Positions 13,850 to 28,871 of a DNA stretch of 64,000 bases are shown in pieces. The position numbers and the translations under genes were made by a program. Each line of letters starts with the position of its first letter. Within the stretch, counting starts at the first letter, position 1. The stretch comes from Octopus vulgaris (taxonomy: Eukaryota), in NCBI GenBank assembly GCA_951406725.2, contig OX597815.1:99882001-99946000 (forward strand). The letters are read 5' to 3'. The notes beneath the pieces were generated by a model. That model did no database searches and was not told the origin of the DNA. It saw only the letters and a program-made list of their open reading frames with translations.

Positions 13850-14671
13850 ATACTGCCTCCCCATAACCACTTAATTGTTGGTCTGTATGTTCCCCTCTCA
13901 TATGTTATACCGTTAAGAGAATGATTGACATAAGCGGCCCTTAAATTCTTCTCATTGTCATATCTCCCTGACCTTTTTTCCTTCCTTTCTTCTTCTTGTT
14001 ATCTATAAACAAACCTTTTGTGACGGCTTTAACTTGTGAATTATTTTAAATTGTTACTGACTAATGTAGAGACCGCTGGACATAGGCTTACTCTATTGTT
14101 TACCATAGGGTGGGTTCTTGGTATTAATTTCTTGTGAGTATTTTTTTTTACGTCAAATTTTTAAACTTTACTTAAGTTTACTCGGTTTATCATAGGTTTC
14201 ACCTTCGAGAATTATATTTGTATCTTATTTATACAGAGCTACTGAATAACTCCTCTCTTCAAAACCTTGACCCCCTTCTAACTGTACCCTCCTGTTAATA
14301 ACTTGTAGTATTCCCTCATCCTTTAATAGCTCACTCTCTCATCTACGTTCTTTGACCTCGGATGGTAAATAATTATGTGCACTTAACATATTGGGCTTTT
14401 AGACTATTTGTTTAAACCATGTTTTCTTCTCTCTTCATTCTCCCTTTGTTTCTATTGTATGCTCTTGTTTTTCACTCTGATGAAGATCGGTTACCTTAAT
14501 TTGAATGGCCTATGAAGATGAAGAATTTTATTCGCGCATTTATGTATAGGCTGCATTCAGAGAATTTTGATAATAAACAGCTGTTAGCGTTGTTATGTCT
14601 TGCTTTGTATTAATAAACAAGCTTTAAATGGGGTCCTATCGATGTACTGGTTAATCAGTTTTTCTCCATTT

Positions 14672-14675
<4 letters not shown>
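13850..14675 (+). mobile_element. PLE 3' UTR / pseudo-LTR remnant
   Basis: Pyrimidine-rich tract between microsatellites, ending about 85 nt after a degenerate HHR. Confidence 0.5.
14473..14589 (+). ncRNA. Degenerate hammerhead with extended stem II
   Basis: cact-CTGATGA-[about 90 nt incl. tgaatg gcctat...ataggc tg cattca]-tAA-ACAGCTGT-T-agcg; G12 changed to T and one stem I mismatch. Confidence 0.55.
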
Positions 14676-14744
<69 letters not shown>

Positions 14745-14748
<4 letters not shown>

Positions 14749-15268
14749 GCTCAAAGCTTCGGCCATGCTGATGCACCGCCGTTTTGTGCTACACTGTTAT
14801 AACTAAGAGCCTCCTCTAATATGTGGCACTTGGTGAAGAATGGAGTTTGATATAGCTACCCTCATTTGCACCTCTTGCCGTGAGGTAGGTTCATCTGGGA
14901 CTCTCGACAGGAAGAGGTTCAGCTGTAATTTAAAAACTGCTACATCTACTTTGTGCAAGCTCCTCAGACTCTTTGCAAGAATATTAAAAAGCTGTGGGCT
15001 CTTGAAACCCAGGTTGTTGCAGTAGCTGATCCTGAAGCGTGATGGCATTGCTGGGATCTTTGGCACCATGCAGTGTCGTCCCGTTCTAGCATTGGTGTAG
15101 CTTACAATGCCAAAATTTGGCACAATTTCTTCCAGGATCTTCCAGATATATATTACTGCATACCTCTCCCGTCTTCTCTCCAAGGGTAGAGTATTAGCTG
15201 TTACAACCTTTCCCAGTAGCTGATCTTCCCAGAGACGATCTTCTTTGTGAATCTTCTCTGGATTGCTT
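14745..15268 (-). mobile_element. CR1/L2-group LINE, 5'-truncated 3' end of ORF2
   Basis: ERRRERYAVIYIWKILEEIVPNFG...PQLFNILAKSLR...FKLQLNLFLSRVPDEP is a typical ORF2 C-terminus, followed by a short tail cggtgcatcagcatggccgaagctttgagctgaa. Confidence 0.85.
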
Positions 15269-15276
15269 CACACACA

Positions 15277-15477
<201 letters not shown>

Positions 15478-15754
15478 TTTAAAGATAGATGGGCTCGTCA
15501 GAAGTACCCACGAAGCCTTATCATATGAACTGTTATCAAAAAATATACGTAACCCCTAACAGATGTGGTGAGTGTCATTTTTCATATTATACCTGTGACT
15601 GACAATATTTACATTGCTATAGCTACTTTTAATACATGAGATATACATATATGTAAGGAAAGAAATAAGATGAGAAAATACAAAAGATTTGTTTTACAAG
15701 ACTGAAGAATATATTAGAATCCTTATAGCAAAAGTTTTATACTATATTATACAA

Positions 15755-16135
15755 AATAAAACATGTCCCAATCTTTTGAAAGGATCAGACCTCTATTTTA
15801 AACAAGGGCAAAATTTCATAATTAAATCCAACTTCACATGCGCCTCTGAAAACCTCATTTATGTAATCAGATACTCGGGCTGCCATAAAAACTATACAGG
15901 GTCGCCAGCTATGTCTTTCAGACATAGATGTACAGTCCACAGATAACAGATATCTTCCCCTGTTATATCCCAGTGAACACATTGGCTGATGTGCAGGGCA
16001 AATGCAACTATAATTCCTAATCTTCCCATTATATCAATTTGATGTTTGGGCCTCAACACACGTACGTCTAAATATAGAGGTCTCATTTTTCGAAAAATAT
16101 AAGCCAGAATTAAATATAAATCCATATTGAAAATT
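15755..16135 (+). mobile_element. PLE GIY-YIG endonuclease remnant
   Basis: KTCPNLLKG...IKSNFTCASENLIYVIRYSGCHKNYTG..MSFRHRCTVHR*QI matches the PLE TCxSxNxIY...CxxC..YIG..R..VH pattern. Confidence 0.82.
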
Positions 16136-16508
16136 AAAGATTTACCCCCCATCTATTGAGGGATATAAAACAAAGTCAAATGTAAATCAATATTAAAAAT
16201 TACAGATTTATCTCCCGTTTACTGAAAAATACCTCGGTCACTAATTATCCCCTCTAGCAAACAAAATCTCTAATTCAGAATTGCATACAAAACTCAAAAT
16301 TTGAAAAGCGATAGCGAAACCAGCTACTATGTTGGAAGGAAAAAAATCATATTTTGCATAATGCTTTTGCTATTATGATTTTACTATATTCTTTAGTCTT
16401 GTAAAACAAATCTTCTGTGTTTCTTCGTCTTATTTCTTTCCTCATATATTCAACCACGTGTAATCACCAACCATATTTTCTATCTATCTATCTATCTATA
16501 TATATCTA

Positions 16509-16569
<61 letters not shown>

Positions 16570-16909
16570 GTGTGTGTGTGTTGTGTGTGTAAGTATGTAT
16601 GTATGCATGTGTGATGTATGTGTGTGTATATATATATACATATATGTGTGTGTGTGTATGTATATATATATATATGTATATATACAAGATTTAAGGAATG
16701 GGGTTGATAATATCCGGGCTACATTTGCTTCATAGCAAATGGAACCTCGGAAGAGGTAGATGTATACTGCAGGTTACTCTTCAGACCAAAGGTATCTTGA
16801 TTAAATGAAGTTTACATTCTTGTAAGGAGGTACATGTCAACACGCGAACGATTCCGAAAAAATCAATACGGAAAAAATCCACACATTTCTCCCTCAATAA
16901 ACCACTGTT

Positions 16910-17168
16910 ATTCCTGAAAGTTGTTCTTTATTCTTTCCGGGATCCCATTGGGATATTTATCCAGCCAGAATTTAATGGCTTCCAGTCCATATTCATGTGG
17001 GATCGTAGTGTAAAGGCTTATTACATCAAAGGAGACGATTAAAGTGTCTTTATCGGTATGTTTGGGGAGATGATTTAATAGGTCCAGGTCATCTCTTACA
17101 ATACTTGGAATGTGTTTCAGTATTGGTTTTAGGATGATATCGATAAAGTTGCTAAGTCTATGTGTTTC
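16910..17168 (-). mobile_element. PLE reverse transcriptase fragment
   Basis: Minus strand ETHRLSNFIDIILKPILKHIPSIVRDDLDLLNHLPKHTDKDTLIVSFDVISLYTTIPHEYGLEAIKFWLDKYP; homologous to the fragment at 31920. Confidence 0.9.
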
Positions 17169-17169
17169 A

Positions 17170-17775
17170 CAGACACCATCCTACCAAATTTCTAAAAAAA
17201 CACACATCTATTTACACCACAATGGACCCTGGGACCATTCAAAAACAACACACACAAACACATGTATACATATATATATACATACAAAGACACATACACT
17301 CACACCATATATACGCACACACACAAACACATACTCAATACCAACACACACAAAACGCATATACACGCACACGCCACACAGATACACCCAACAGACATGG
17401 ACACACATACGAACAATCACACATACACACTAACGCACACGCAACACACTAACAAACAATAACCACACACATACACACACACACACACAAACGGGCACAC
17501 ATATACACACACACTCCTACCAAATTTTTGTAAAAACCACACATCTATTTACACCACAATGGACCTTCGGACCAATCAAAAACAGCCCACACACACACAC
17601 AACACAAGTATACATATATACACACACACACAAAGACACACACACTCACACCATTCTGACCTCCATACAGACACACATATACACACACCATCCTACCAGA
17701 TTTTACAAACACACAGACATATATTCACACCACACATGTATATATACACACACTCAAACCATCCTGACCTCTAAA
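17170..17775 (+). repeat. CA-rich region with an imperfect tandem duplication of about 340 bp
   Basis: tcctaccaaattt...cacacatctatttacaccacaatggacc at about 17179 and 17514; third partial copy at about 17686. Confidence 0.75.
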
Positions 17776-17879
17776 GCCAATCCCCAAATCATTGATGCTT
17801 GAAGGAGAGACAAAAAGGAGAAATTCTTTTCAGTTCCTCATTACTCCCCCCTTCCCCCCACCCAAACACACCTACAGTG

Positions 17880-18440
17880 TCCCTTGAAATAGATAATATT
17901 CTTTTACGTTAACATGGTGGACAGGTCAGTTTTAGCTTCCCTACTATTATAATGTAAACATTTTTGAACTCATAATATTCTGTGCGTGTATACCAATATT
18001 CCACTGAACTTTTTAATAATTCCTTCTGGGAATTATCTTGAGAATGTATAATATATTTGTTGTAATCTTTTGTGCCCAATATTTCAATGAACTTGTTAAA
18101 CTTTTTTTATGTTCTTAACATGCTCTTGTCACCAACGAATGAATATATATGTATTGTAGTACTCTGTAATCACGTCCAGATTCCTTTCGTCTGTATTATC
18201 AAATCATTGTCCTCAGAGAGTTTCCTTCATTGGGATTGATTGGTCGGAGGACGCCAGATCCAGATTATATGGATCTGGCACACACATCTTAAGATCGTTT
18301 TTAAAGTCTTGTTAGGTTTCTTTCTCAAAAAGGATTGTCTAAGTTTTTCAGTGTTTCAATGTACTACTTGCTGTTCATTATACAGCGACGTTCTAGAACA
18401 TACACGGAAACGGTGCTCTTTTTAGCAGACATGACTTTCG
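17880..18440 (-). mobile_element. Possible decayed PLE endonuclease region
   Basis: Minus strand KLTCPPC, the same motif as at 62070; the rest is heavily interrupted. Confidence 0.35.
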
Positions 18441-18870
18441 CCATGACTTTCTGCACCGATCGATGGTCCATGTCCTGAGTCTTCATTTCAGGATCATGAA
18501 GATAAGTTTCACACCCTGTCACCAGATTAAAAAAGAAGAAAATGTACCTTCGTTGGTTTAAAATGCTTCCAGCAGATTAGAGCAATTTCGATCATTCTCT
18601 CCCGCACTTTGCTGCCAAGACATCCACTTTGCGTACATTTTCTGACACGGAAAGGTTTCCACTATTTTTGTTAATGCATCATAATCACAGTCATATGTGT
18701 GTGTGTGTGTGCGTGTGTGCGTGGCTGCATGCCTACGTGCATGCGCGTGTGTGTGTACGTGTAAAAAGATAGACGAGCATGTTATACATGCATAGATAGC
18801 TTGATAGACAGACAGACAGACAGATAGACAGACATACATATAGATAGATAGATAGATAGATAGATAGATG

Positions 18871-18968
<98 letters not shown>

Positions 18969-19505
18969 CAGATAGACAGACAGCTAATCATGTTATATTT
19001 ATGAATTTTCTAATACATCATTACTAATTCAGTGGTAATTAATACACACATATATATAGTTATTTCTAAAGGCATAAATATCTGCTCGCTATTTTACTCT
19101 TAAAATGAATCTTTACTATTTCTATTTCACACTTTCTGCACTATTTATCAACATAATATAACGTCATTTGAACACGACGTATATTTAATTAAACAATGTT
19201 TTAGTTATCATACTTCAATGTTCATGTTCGCTCTGTTTCGTTAATTAGAATTACAGTAGGCCACTGTTTCTAACACTCACTACCATTGTCTTAGTTGTAA
19301 CAATGTGAGAGATACATACACTAGTAGCAAACTGGTATCAACGCGATCTTGAAGATGAGTTTAAGAAATCGTTAAGAGATTTTATCGTATGGAAATCAAG
19401 CGCTATGAGGCATTCTTTTCAATAGCATCAAATATCTAAAAATTATAACAATAGATATTCGTAAGTCTTTCACACTCAATTTCATGCTCTCTTTTTCTCT
19501 CCCTC

Positions 19506-19552
<47 letters not shown>

Positions 19553-22267
19553 ATCTCTTTTACTTTCTCACTCTTACGTCAATTTAAGCCTTTTATGTAG
19601 ATTTACGCGGCCTTTCTTCTTTTTATTATACGAATTTGATTTCCAATTGGACGCGTGTTTTGATGATGGATCAAGTGATATTGTTTCTGATGACGAGAGA
19701 GTATTTTACAGGTAATTTAATTTCCTAAGACAGGTGTCAACAACATTTCCGATATTTCATTCAATTACCGTAAATTACATTATGCAGCAAGTGTTCTAAA
19801 AAGGTGGATGACAAAATACGTATGATGGGATAAAAATATGTAAGAACTTCTGATAATTACACAGAACTTCGGCAAGTGTCAGCTTAATTAGATTCAAACG
19901 AAATTGATCAGTTTTATGTTGTATATGACTGAAGTTACTGGTGAAGTCCTTGCAAAGCAAATGTCAAAAAACGCGTAAAGAATTTATAGAATTTTTTTAT
20001 TCTATTTTATCTAAAAATAAATTTTTGTTTTTATTCATCTATTTATTTTACTTCGAAAATCATTATATTCTAGAACGAAATGCAACTATCAAAAGCTCCA
20101 AAGTGAAACAAGATTGTGTCTCTGATATCAAAATAATTATTATCAAATTTTTCTGCCTCCGAAGAATATTATAACAATTTTGCTTCTCATACATGGTTTA
20201 TTTGTAAAGACTTTTAAGATGTATGCAAACTTATTATGATAAAATATCATTTTACTCTCATCTCGGCCGTAAGGAGAATTAACTGACGCAAATATCCTAC
20301 AAGATTTTTACCATATTATTACGGTCAATTACATCTATAATATTTGCTTCCATCAGAGAAGCTTAGTTAATCGATATCAAATATGAGTATTTGTGAAATG
20401 GGCCTGTGCTTCAAATTCCAGTCAACTATTTAAATAATTCAATTTAAAATATGCGTTCCAATAAATTATCAAAAATTAAATAACAGCTAAATGTCGCCCT
20501 CGTAATGTTATTACATACAACTCATTCATAAGGATATACGCATGTATCGCATGTATGGAGGGAGACAGACAGATAGACAGACCGACAGAGATAAACGCAG
20601 ACAAACAGACAGATAGAAATGAAGTAAATTTTGAAAGATTTCAAGACATCTGAAATTTGATACCGTTGCTTTTATTGTTGTTGTCTCAGGTCGGTTTTGA
20701 CTGGCCTATAATCAAATATAACCATTCCAACCATAACCATCATACTTTTTCCCCGTGTATCATGCATCTAGTATTAGATTACCCAATGAAGTCTTAGTTA
20801 TCATACTGAATGATGATTGTATAACCGACAGGAAATTTAGCGGCTATCTCTAGCAGGTCAATTGACTCCGTAGAATTTCTTTTTGTATCAGCCTGAATTT
20901 GATATTTTATACTGACAGCAATTTTGGCTTTACATTTAGCAGAAAAGTGATTTATTCATCAGAAAAATTATCTATCACTGGTCACAAAAATATTTCTCAA
21001 AGGATATGTATTTCTGACAAAAATAGAGGAAACGAAGTGTACAATTCAAGAATCGATATCCATCTTTAAATTATATAATTGCTGTATATAGCTTATATGA
21101 GGGTCGTATATATTTTCACAGACTTCGACATTGATGATTAAAATAGTATCAAGACCTCATGTCTCTGAAATAGACTCTTATCCTCTACCCAGGGAACCTT
21201 TTTGTATGAAAATCAAATGGTAAGATGAGTGCTAACATACGTAGCACAACGAATCTCAAACATGTATTCTAATTAAATTGCGAACGTTGTGAGAAGAGAG
21301 ACTTATTAATTTATATATTAATTCTGGTCAAGAAGGGTAGTGGAGATAAACTTGTAATATTAATTAAGATTATTTTAAAACAGAATGTCCTCTTGCACTG
21401 CGTAGTACGTTTCATCTCATGCTAAATTAGTGTAGATTTTTTTAGCACTTGATATCGTAATTCAGAGCACAGATAATCCAAGGGTTTGATTAATAAACAA
21501 TCATCTCAGTGATCCGGATTAATTTCAAATAATTCAGTCTATCTAACTGTGAGTAAATACTATAAAATAGAATCAATTCTCTGTGGTTTTTACTGTAAAA
21601 GGGATATGAGGCTCGTTATCGGATACGCCGAGCTTAACATTCCTTGATGGCATTTCTCGGCGAGGCAGGACTCACGAATTTTATTCATCTAACATACACT
21701 ATATATACACGTAGAGTATAGTGGTGCCAAATGTGCTGGAAATGTGTATCTTCTACCCAAATGACTTAATACATCAATGCTTAAATTTTCAGAAATAATA
21801 TATTCTCATTTGACACATTATTTATTTTCAAAGAACCCGTTAGACGTTTTAATCGGTAAGCTGCGTACATAATGACGATATATTTAGACATGACACTCTA
21901 TATTCAATGTAACATCAAGAACAGACAGTCACATCATTTAAATATGAGCAACATCAAACAAGATCCTAACCATCGATTAAACTTTCAGGCTTCGCTATCT
22001 CTGACAGATTTGCTTGAGGAATTTTCATTCTTAATATTACAAAAACTGTCAATTCTCTTCCGAGTAAGAAGTTTACTTTATGCACAATCAATTTCTAACC
22101 TTCCCTGAATTTCAGGTGATACTCACGATAGTGTCCTGTATCTATATTTGGAATTGTACAATTTGCCCACAAAACATTCGACGCATCAAGAATTGTCAGT
22201 CCGCTAATTTGCTTCACGTCACTCCCAAACTCATTACAAAAGAACTGGGTATAGGGATTCTCTCTCA

Positions 22268-22342
<75 letters not shown>

Positions 22343-22897
22343 CGTTATAGCGATACAACAATTCTCTCAGCTCCTCCTCGGTGTTGACTGTTCTCGTGCC
22401 TCATTCAATCAGTTACTTCAGACTTGCTCGTCTTTTTCCCATCACCCATATTGTGTCCAATACTCTGGGTCCCACACGAACCTTTACCCCAGTTCTCTTT
22501 CTCAGAAATAACTGGTGTATATGTGATCTCAGCCCTGTTATCAGGAAGTTGGAGTAGACATCAGAGCAAATGCTGGTGTGCACTGACATTTAACTCACTT
22601 TAAACTTTTTCCTAAATCGCTCAACATAGAATCAGTCAAAAATTAAAGAAATAGCATTTATATGTTTAAGACATTATAGTCTCTCTGTGGAATTATTATT
22701 GGGGTTATTAGTTTGTTTGAGTTTTGTCAGAGTAGGAAGGCATTGCACATAATTTCATGTCATTCACCACAGATTGATAAGAATAACATCGTCGTTTACA
22801 TTTAATTTGAGAACCTTTTAAGCAACATCTTCAGAAAAGCAGCGACAGAGTAAATTCTAACGAGCTGGTCTCCTGGATAGTAAAGAGTAAAGGGTAA

Positions 22898-23192
22898 AGA
22901 CACCCTTCAATCATGAACAACCATAGGATTACCCCTAAAAAGTTCCCCTCCAAAGTACAATTCCAGGCAAGGTTGTTTATGGAAGACCAGCAGTCACCCA
23001 TGCATACTCCACTCCACTGATGTTATCCAAGATACAGCTTGGCACCAGTGACGTCGTAACTCATTTCCACAGCTGAGTGAATTGGAGCAACGTGAAATAA
23101 AGTGTCTGGCTCAAGAATACAACACGGAGCTCGGTCAGGGAATCGAATTCACTATCTCATGATTGTGAGCCCGACATTCTAACCGCTGAGTC
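22898..23192 (-). mobile_element. SINE family C, tail type 2
   Basis: Aligns by eye with 35348-35681 (ggcaaggttgttt..atggaagaccag, tggcaccagtgacgtcg, ggagcaacgtgaaataaagtg). Confidence 0.8.
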
Positions 23193-24869
23193 AATACGAA
23201 AAAGTGTTTTGTCCAAGGTCAGTCAGAAGGATGAAACACAGCAGAGGCAAAGCAGGATGAGTAACAGGTGAGTTGGGTGGAACTAGGTGAAGGAAAATGG
23301 TATACATGTATGTAACATAGAACCAGTATAGGTTGATGTAGTAATAGTATAAAAGATTCGCTGTGCAATACTTGAGAATAATGGAAAATTATTCAGGGAC
23401 CATATTACATTGGCATTATTAGGTTCGCTTTATCATGTTTTGGGTTACTTGAGAGACATCTTACATCTCAAACCTACATCTTAAACCAGAAATATGACTC
23501 CATGGATTCCACAAAAGGTAGTGAAGGATGATGACGCTAAACCATTCGCCGATAATCTCTACCACCCAAAAGGTTGGCTATATGTGTGTGTGTGTATGTG
23601 TATGCGTGTGCATGTATACGTGTGTTTGAGCGTGTGTGCGCGCGTATGTGTGTGCGTTAAAAATGAACGGATTGGAAGAATTTGGGAAGAATGGTTTTAT
23701 TAAAAGTATGGAAATCGTATTGTCGGATCGGGTCAATATGTTCTTATGTCTAATAGATAATCTACGTTATCTGTCTTAAAATTATCAAACAAGGTTTCTG
23801 AGCCCTGAATGCCGTAGAACTGGGTTGAATAAATTCTTACATAGTGAAAATTATATAAATTAATTCAACTGAGTATCGAAACCGGCTTCCATGTCCAGTT
23901 TATGTAAAGTTTACATCTACTCTCTGATGGTCTTCATTGGCTGATAACATTTTTATTTCTTAGAGTGCATTGTTTATTCTTATATCGAAAGTGTTAGTGA
24001 CACAAAGTAAGAGAAATATCTATAACAAGACATGAAAACCGCGTCAAAATCAACTTAACGCAAGAGCAACTGACAATATTCTGAAAGCGAATTATATCAA
24101 AGAAATGTAAATAGCTTATAGAAGCAATGTAATGCAGTTTGGTGATGGTAAATATTTGGAGTGAAATGCCTCAGAGACAGTTAAACTATTTTATATTGTG
24201 AAAGGTGTACAACCCTGCAACAATTCCAAACGCTATTAATGTTAACACTCTTCGTTGGATGCTACTTACAGTTGCACTCAACGAGCGATGAAGAAACTTA
24301 TACTGTGTTACATAGAACAGCCAAAAGCGAAATTAGTAATTCTCAATGTATTAGTAACATAAGAGAGAAAACAATTTTTGAATAATTTATCAAACACTAG
24401 TTTCTCTTTACACCGAACTATTTTGTTAATACAAATAATTGCTTTATTCAAAGAAAACACCCCGAAAACATATTTCTCTCCTGATATCAGGGAAATATAC
24501 CCTTTAATGAAACAATAATGTGAGAAACTAACTGGTTAGAAAGTTTTCCTATTTCTGGTTCGTTTGTCTACTTACGACTATAAAAGACTGGCAAACATTT
24601 CTACATTGGCTCAATGTTTACAGCATTTAAGTAAGCTTTTAAGTAATCACCGCCAAACAGCAGCATAGTAAACACATCGCTAGTTATATTCTTATTGTTC
24701 ACACTGCAATCAATAAGAAAAACGTTCAATTCATTTCTACCTTTTTTTTGTTTCTGTTCTTTTACTCTTTGTTTAAGCTTATAGATCCACTCACAATCTT
24801 GCACAGGCACAGACATATACATGAATACATATAGATATAGATGTGTATACATTTATATCCATATATTTT

Positions 24870-25075
24870 AATTTTCATCTTTCGCTTGTGGCATTTATTC
24901 AACTGCGGCCATGCTGGAACACAGTCTTGAAGGTTCCAATCAAACAATTCGAACACATGCTTATAGTTTGTTGTTTTTTTTCAGTTTGGTACTTATTTTA
25001 TCCGTCGCTTTTACCGAACAGCTACATTACGGGAACGTAAACAAAGCAACACTGGTTATCAAGCGGTGGGAGCCT
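24870..25075 (-). mobile_element. SINE family A 3' part, degraded
   Basis: ctgcggccatgctggaacac and gggaacgtaaac..ggttatcaagc are reverse complements of the family A body and tail. Confidence 0.65.
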
Positions 25076-25864
25076 AAACACAAAGTCACTGACACACACA
25101 CGCACGCACAAACGCACGCGCACGCACACACACTCACATATATGCGTGTGTGTGTGTATACTATGGTTTCTGTGACAGCAAAAATATGCATCAATTGTGT
25201 ATTTATGCAGAGAACTCCGCGTAGCTTTTTTTCCCCAAGTTTTAAATGACTTACGAATTCTCAGTACACGTGCCATTTAGCATGATTTCCTCTATTCCTA
25301 ATCGCATTGAACGCTGCTCGTTGGATGGTAGGAAAATACTCAATCACTTGATACACTGGCTTGTAGTTTTTCCTCATTTTACTATTAGGTAAGATGAGTA
25401 ATCCAAAGAAATTCCATCCTTTGTCAATGCTCTCTTTCATATCATTCTATTCTTTTAGTATTACTTTCAGGCAGAACACACAAAAGAGGAGCTGCTGGGA
25501 TCTGGTTGGTGTTTCTGTCATCTTATGAGCTAATCATAGGTGCTTCACATTTTCTTAACAAAAATGATAAGAAACATATAGAAAAAATGATAAGTAACAT
25601 ATAGAAAAAATTTCCCCGAAACATCTCGTTCCAAAACTTTAACCTATCAGAAACAATACTACCAGCCCTTGTATTTAGTTTTTAATATTGTGGTGAAGGA
25701 CGAAACTAGATTGTCTCTTACCATTCAAAAGCTGGAGAGTCTCTAACATTTATGAATAATGGAAAGTTTTCTTAATCCGATAAAATTTCTGCTATGTCAC
25801 TACATATCCGCCTTCACAGTTTTGTTGATTAGCTCGATGCACTTTCGACCTTCTTTCTTTTCTT

Positions 25865-25985
25865 GGCAGACGGAGACTGAAATCCATTTGGTCGACCGAG
25901 ACTATAGAAGACACTTACCCAAGGTGCCACGCAGCGGAACTGGTTGGGAAGTAAGCTTCTTACCACGGAGCCACGCCTGCGCCTA
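25865..25985 (-). mobile_element. SINE family A head fragment
   Basis: Minus strand aggcgcaggcgtggctccgtggtaagaagc...tggcaccttgggtaagtgtcttc. Confidence 0.75.
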
Positions 25986-27220
25986 TATTCCATACATTTA
26001 GTTCTGGCATGCAGTTGCGTCATTCAATTCTCTATGCAGATGGCTTTGCTTTTAGACATCAATTCTGTCAATACCAACCACTTAGTACTTTATTGCGTCA
26101 CTGAGAGCTTGTTGGTGAAGACTGATGAGGGGACTTTTTTGTTTTTGTTTTTTGCTTTTTGCTTTTTTTTTGTATCAGTGTTCGACAACCAATTCTCTTC
26201 GTTGTACTTTCCTTTCTCGAAATTTCATTTTATTAATGTCAATGATATTCCCATTCATATTGTATGATTTTGGTCTACTGCGGAGCAATTCTTCTAGATT
26301 TATTGCACTTGAATTTCTTTCACTATTTTAGCTTTTTTCTCCAAAATAAACTCATTTCTTGGTCAGTGGGAACACCTGTAATTTTTAATGACTTTTTCTT
26401 CATCTCTAAGAGACTGCTTATTAATTTTGATTGAAATTCTCTCAGCTACTCATAATCTCACATATTTCTGTTGCAAGTGCATCGATTTATATACACGTGT
26501 TCTATAGTTACTATCATCATATATATCTATTTTCATTTTCAGTTTTTTTTTGCGTGTGAGCAGTGTAGCTATTTATGTATATCTGACAATTATCGCAACA
26601 TGAATTATAGTGTTCTAGGTCCATAGAGACATTTTATTATTTTGACTTTATGTCTTTAACAGTTGTAGAAAGAGACTGTAAAATGCGTATACTTTCGAAA
26701 AAGAGGATTCATTACTTTGCTATAAATACTAACCCAAACCTCCTCATACAGTTGATCCCTGCCAATACAACTCAAGCAGTATGTTTCGTAGCATGTGCTT
26801 CAAAAATTAAATAATCTTTCCTCGAATCATTTGGTTAAGAACACATTTCAATGGTTTATATCCTGAGCTCCCATAATCCATAATGCAGTTATTAGCAAAG
26901 GCAGCTAGACGCAGTTATTAGCAAAGGCAGCTAGGCGAAGCCACATATAACCAATCGAACTCTGGTCTTCTGTTACACACAATATCGACTTGTGTAGTTT
27001 AGTGTTATGATCCGCTTATTGTTATTATTGTACTTTTCTCTCTTTTGTAAATTATAATCAACCACATTTTTACGTTTACCAAATGTCGCTTCTCGTAAGT
27101 GATTAAATAATGTAGTTCTTAATACTTTTATTGTGTTCATATATCCGACCAACGAATCTTATTTCATTTCAAGCCATTGAAATTAGTAATTATTGAATTC
27201 ATAATTTTGAGAAAAATATA

Positions 27221-27452
27221 TATTTCTTTACTACCCACAAAGGGCTAAACCCACAGGGGACAAACAAGGACAGGCAAAGGGATTAAGTCGATTACATCGA
27301 ACCCAGTGCGTAACTGGTACTTAATTTATCGACCCCGAAAGGATGAAAGGCAAAGTCGACCTCGGCGGCATTTGAACTCGGAACGTAACGACAGACAAAA
27401 TACGGCAAAGCATTTCGCCCGGCATGCTAACGTTTCTGCCAGCTCGCCGCCT
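27221..27452 (-). mobile_element. SINE family B (tRNA-like head, Meta-domain-like core), tail type 1
   Basis: Minus strand ggcggcgagctggcagaaacgttagc...gagttcaaat.ccgccgaggtcgactttgcctttcatcctttcggggtcgataaattaagtacc...ttgtgggtagtaaagaaata; flanking gaaaaatata duplication; many copies in the window. Confidence 0.9.
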
Positions 27453-28052
27453 TTAAGAAAAATATAGTTTGAGAAAAATATAGTTTATGATTTCGATTTC
27501 TTTTATAACCAAAACTAGTGAGATTATGTTTATCGTTTCGATAATAAACACAATCTTACGACGATTTCTCAGTCTCTCAGCCGTTTTCGATGTCTTTGCA
27601 GGTAGGTATGTATCTAGAGAGAGAGGAAGAGAAATAGTAAGAGGAAAGTGAATAAATAAATAAGCAAATAAATAAATAAGCGAAAATGGGAGATGGTGAA
27701 TACCAAACTAAAAGAAGGATACTATACATGGAAAACAAAACAATGGATCCTGAATAATTGTTCACATGCCTGCAAGGCCTTGTCCACCATATTGAAAACA
27801 ATGAACCAGCGAACCATGTAATGTTCGCCGCAGTCCCCGGTTAAAGGAACAGATCGATAGAAAGGCTAGCGTGGATGAGAAATATAGTGGCTTCACCGCA
27901 GCAGTATGACAATAGAAGCTACGGCAATTTGTTTTATATGAGAATTACATCTTTTATGTTTATTTAATTCCCTTCTATTTGTTATGCTAGATTAATCCTA
28001 TTTAAGTAGTTAAATTGCATTTAAGCACATGGAATACACACTCACTTACATG

Positions 28053-28871
<819 letters not shown>

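Noticed and set aside
16290-16332. HHR-like trace ttgaaaa-gcgatagc-GAAACCAGCT downstream of the GIY-YIG remnant
   Set aside because: Position fits, but core and stem I are too degenerate to call.
26885-26934. 26-bp tandem duplication (similar 22-bp case at 25560-25610)
   Set aside because: Ordinary two-copy slippage; no spacer, not CRISPR-like.
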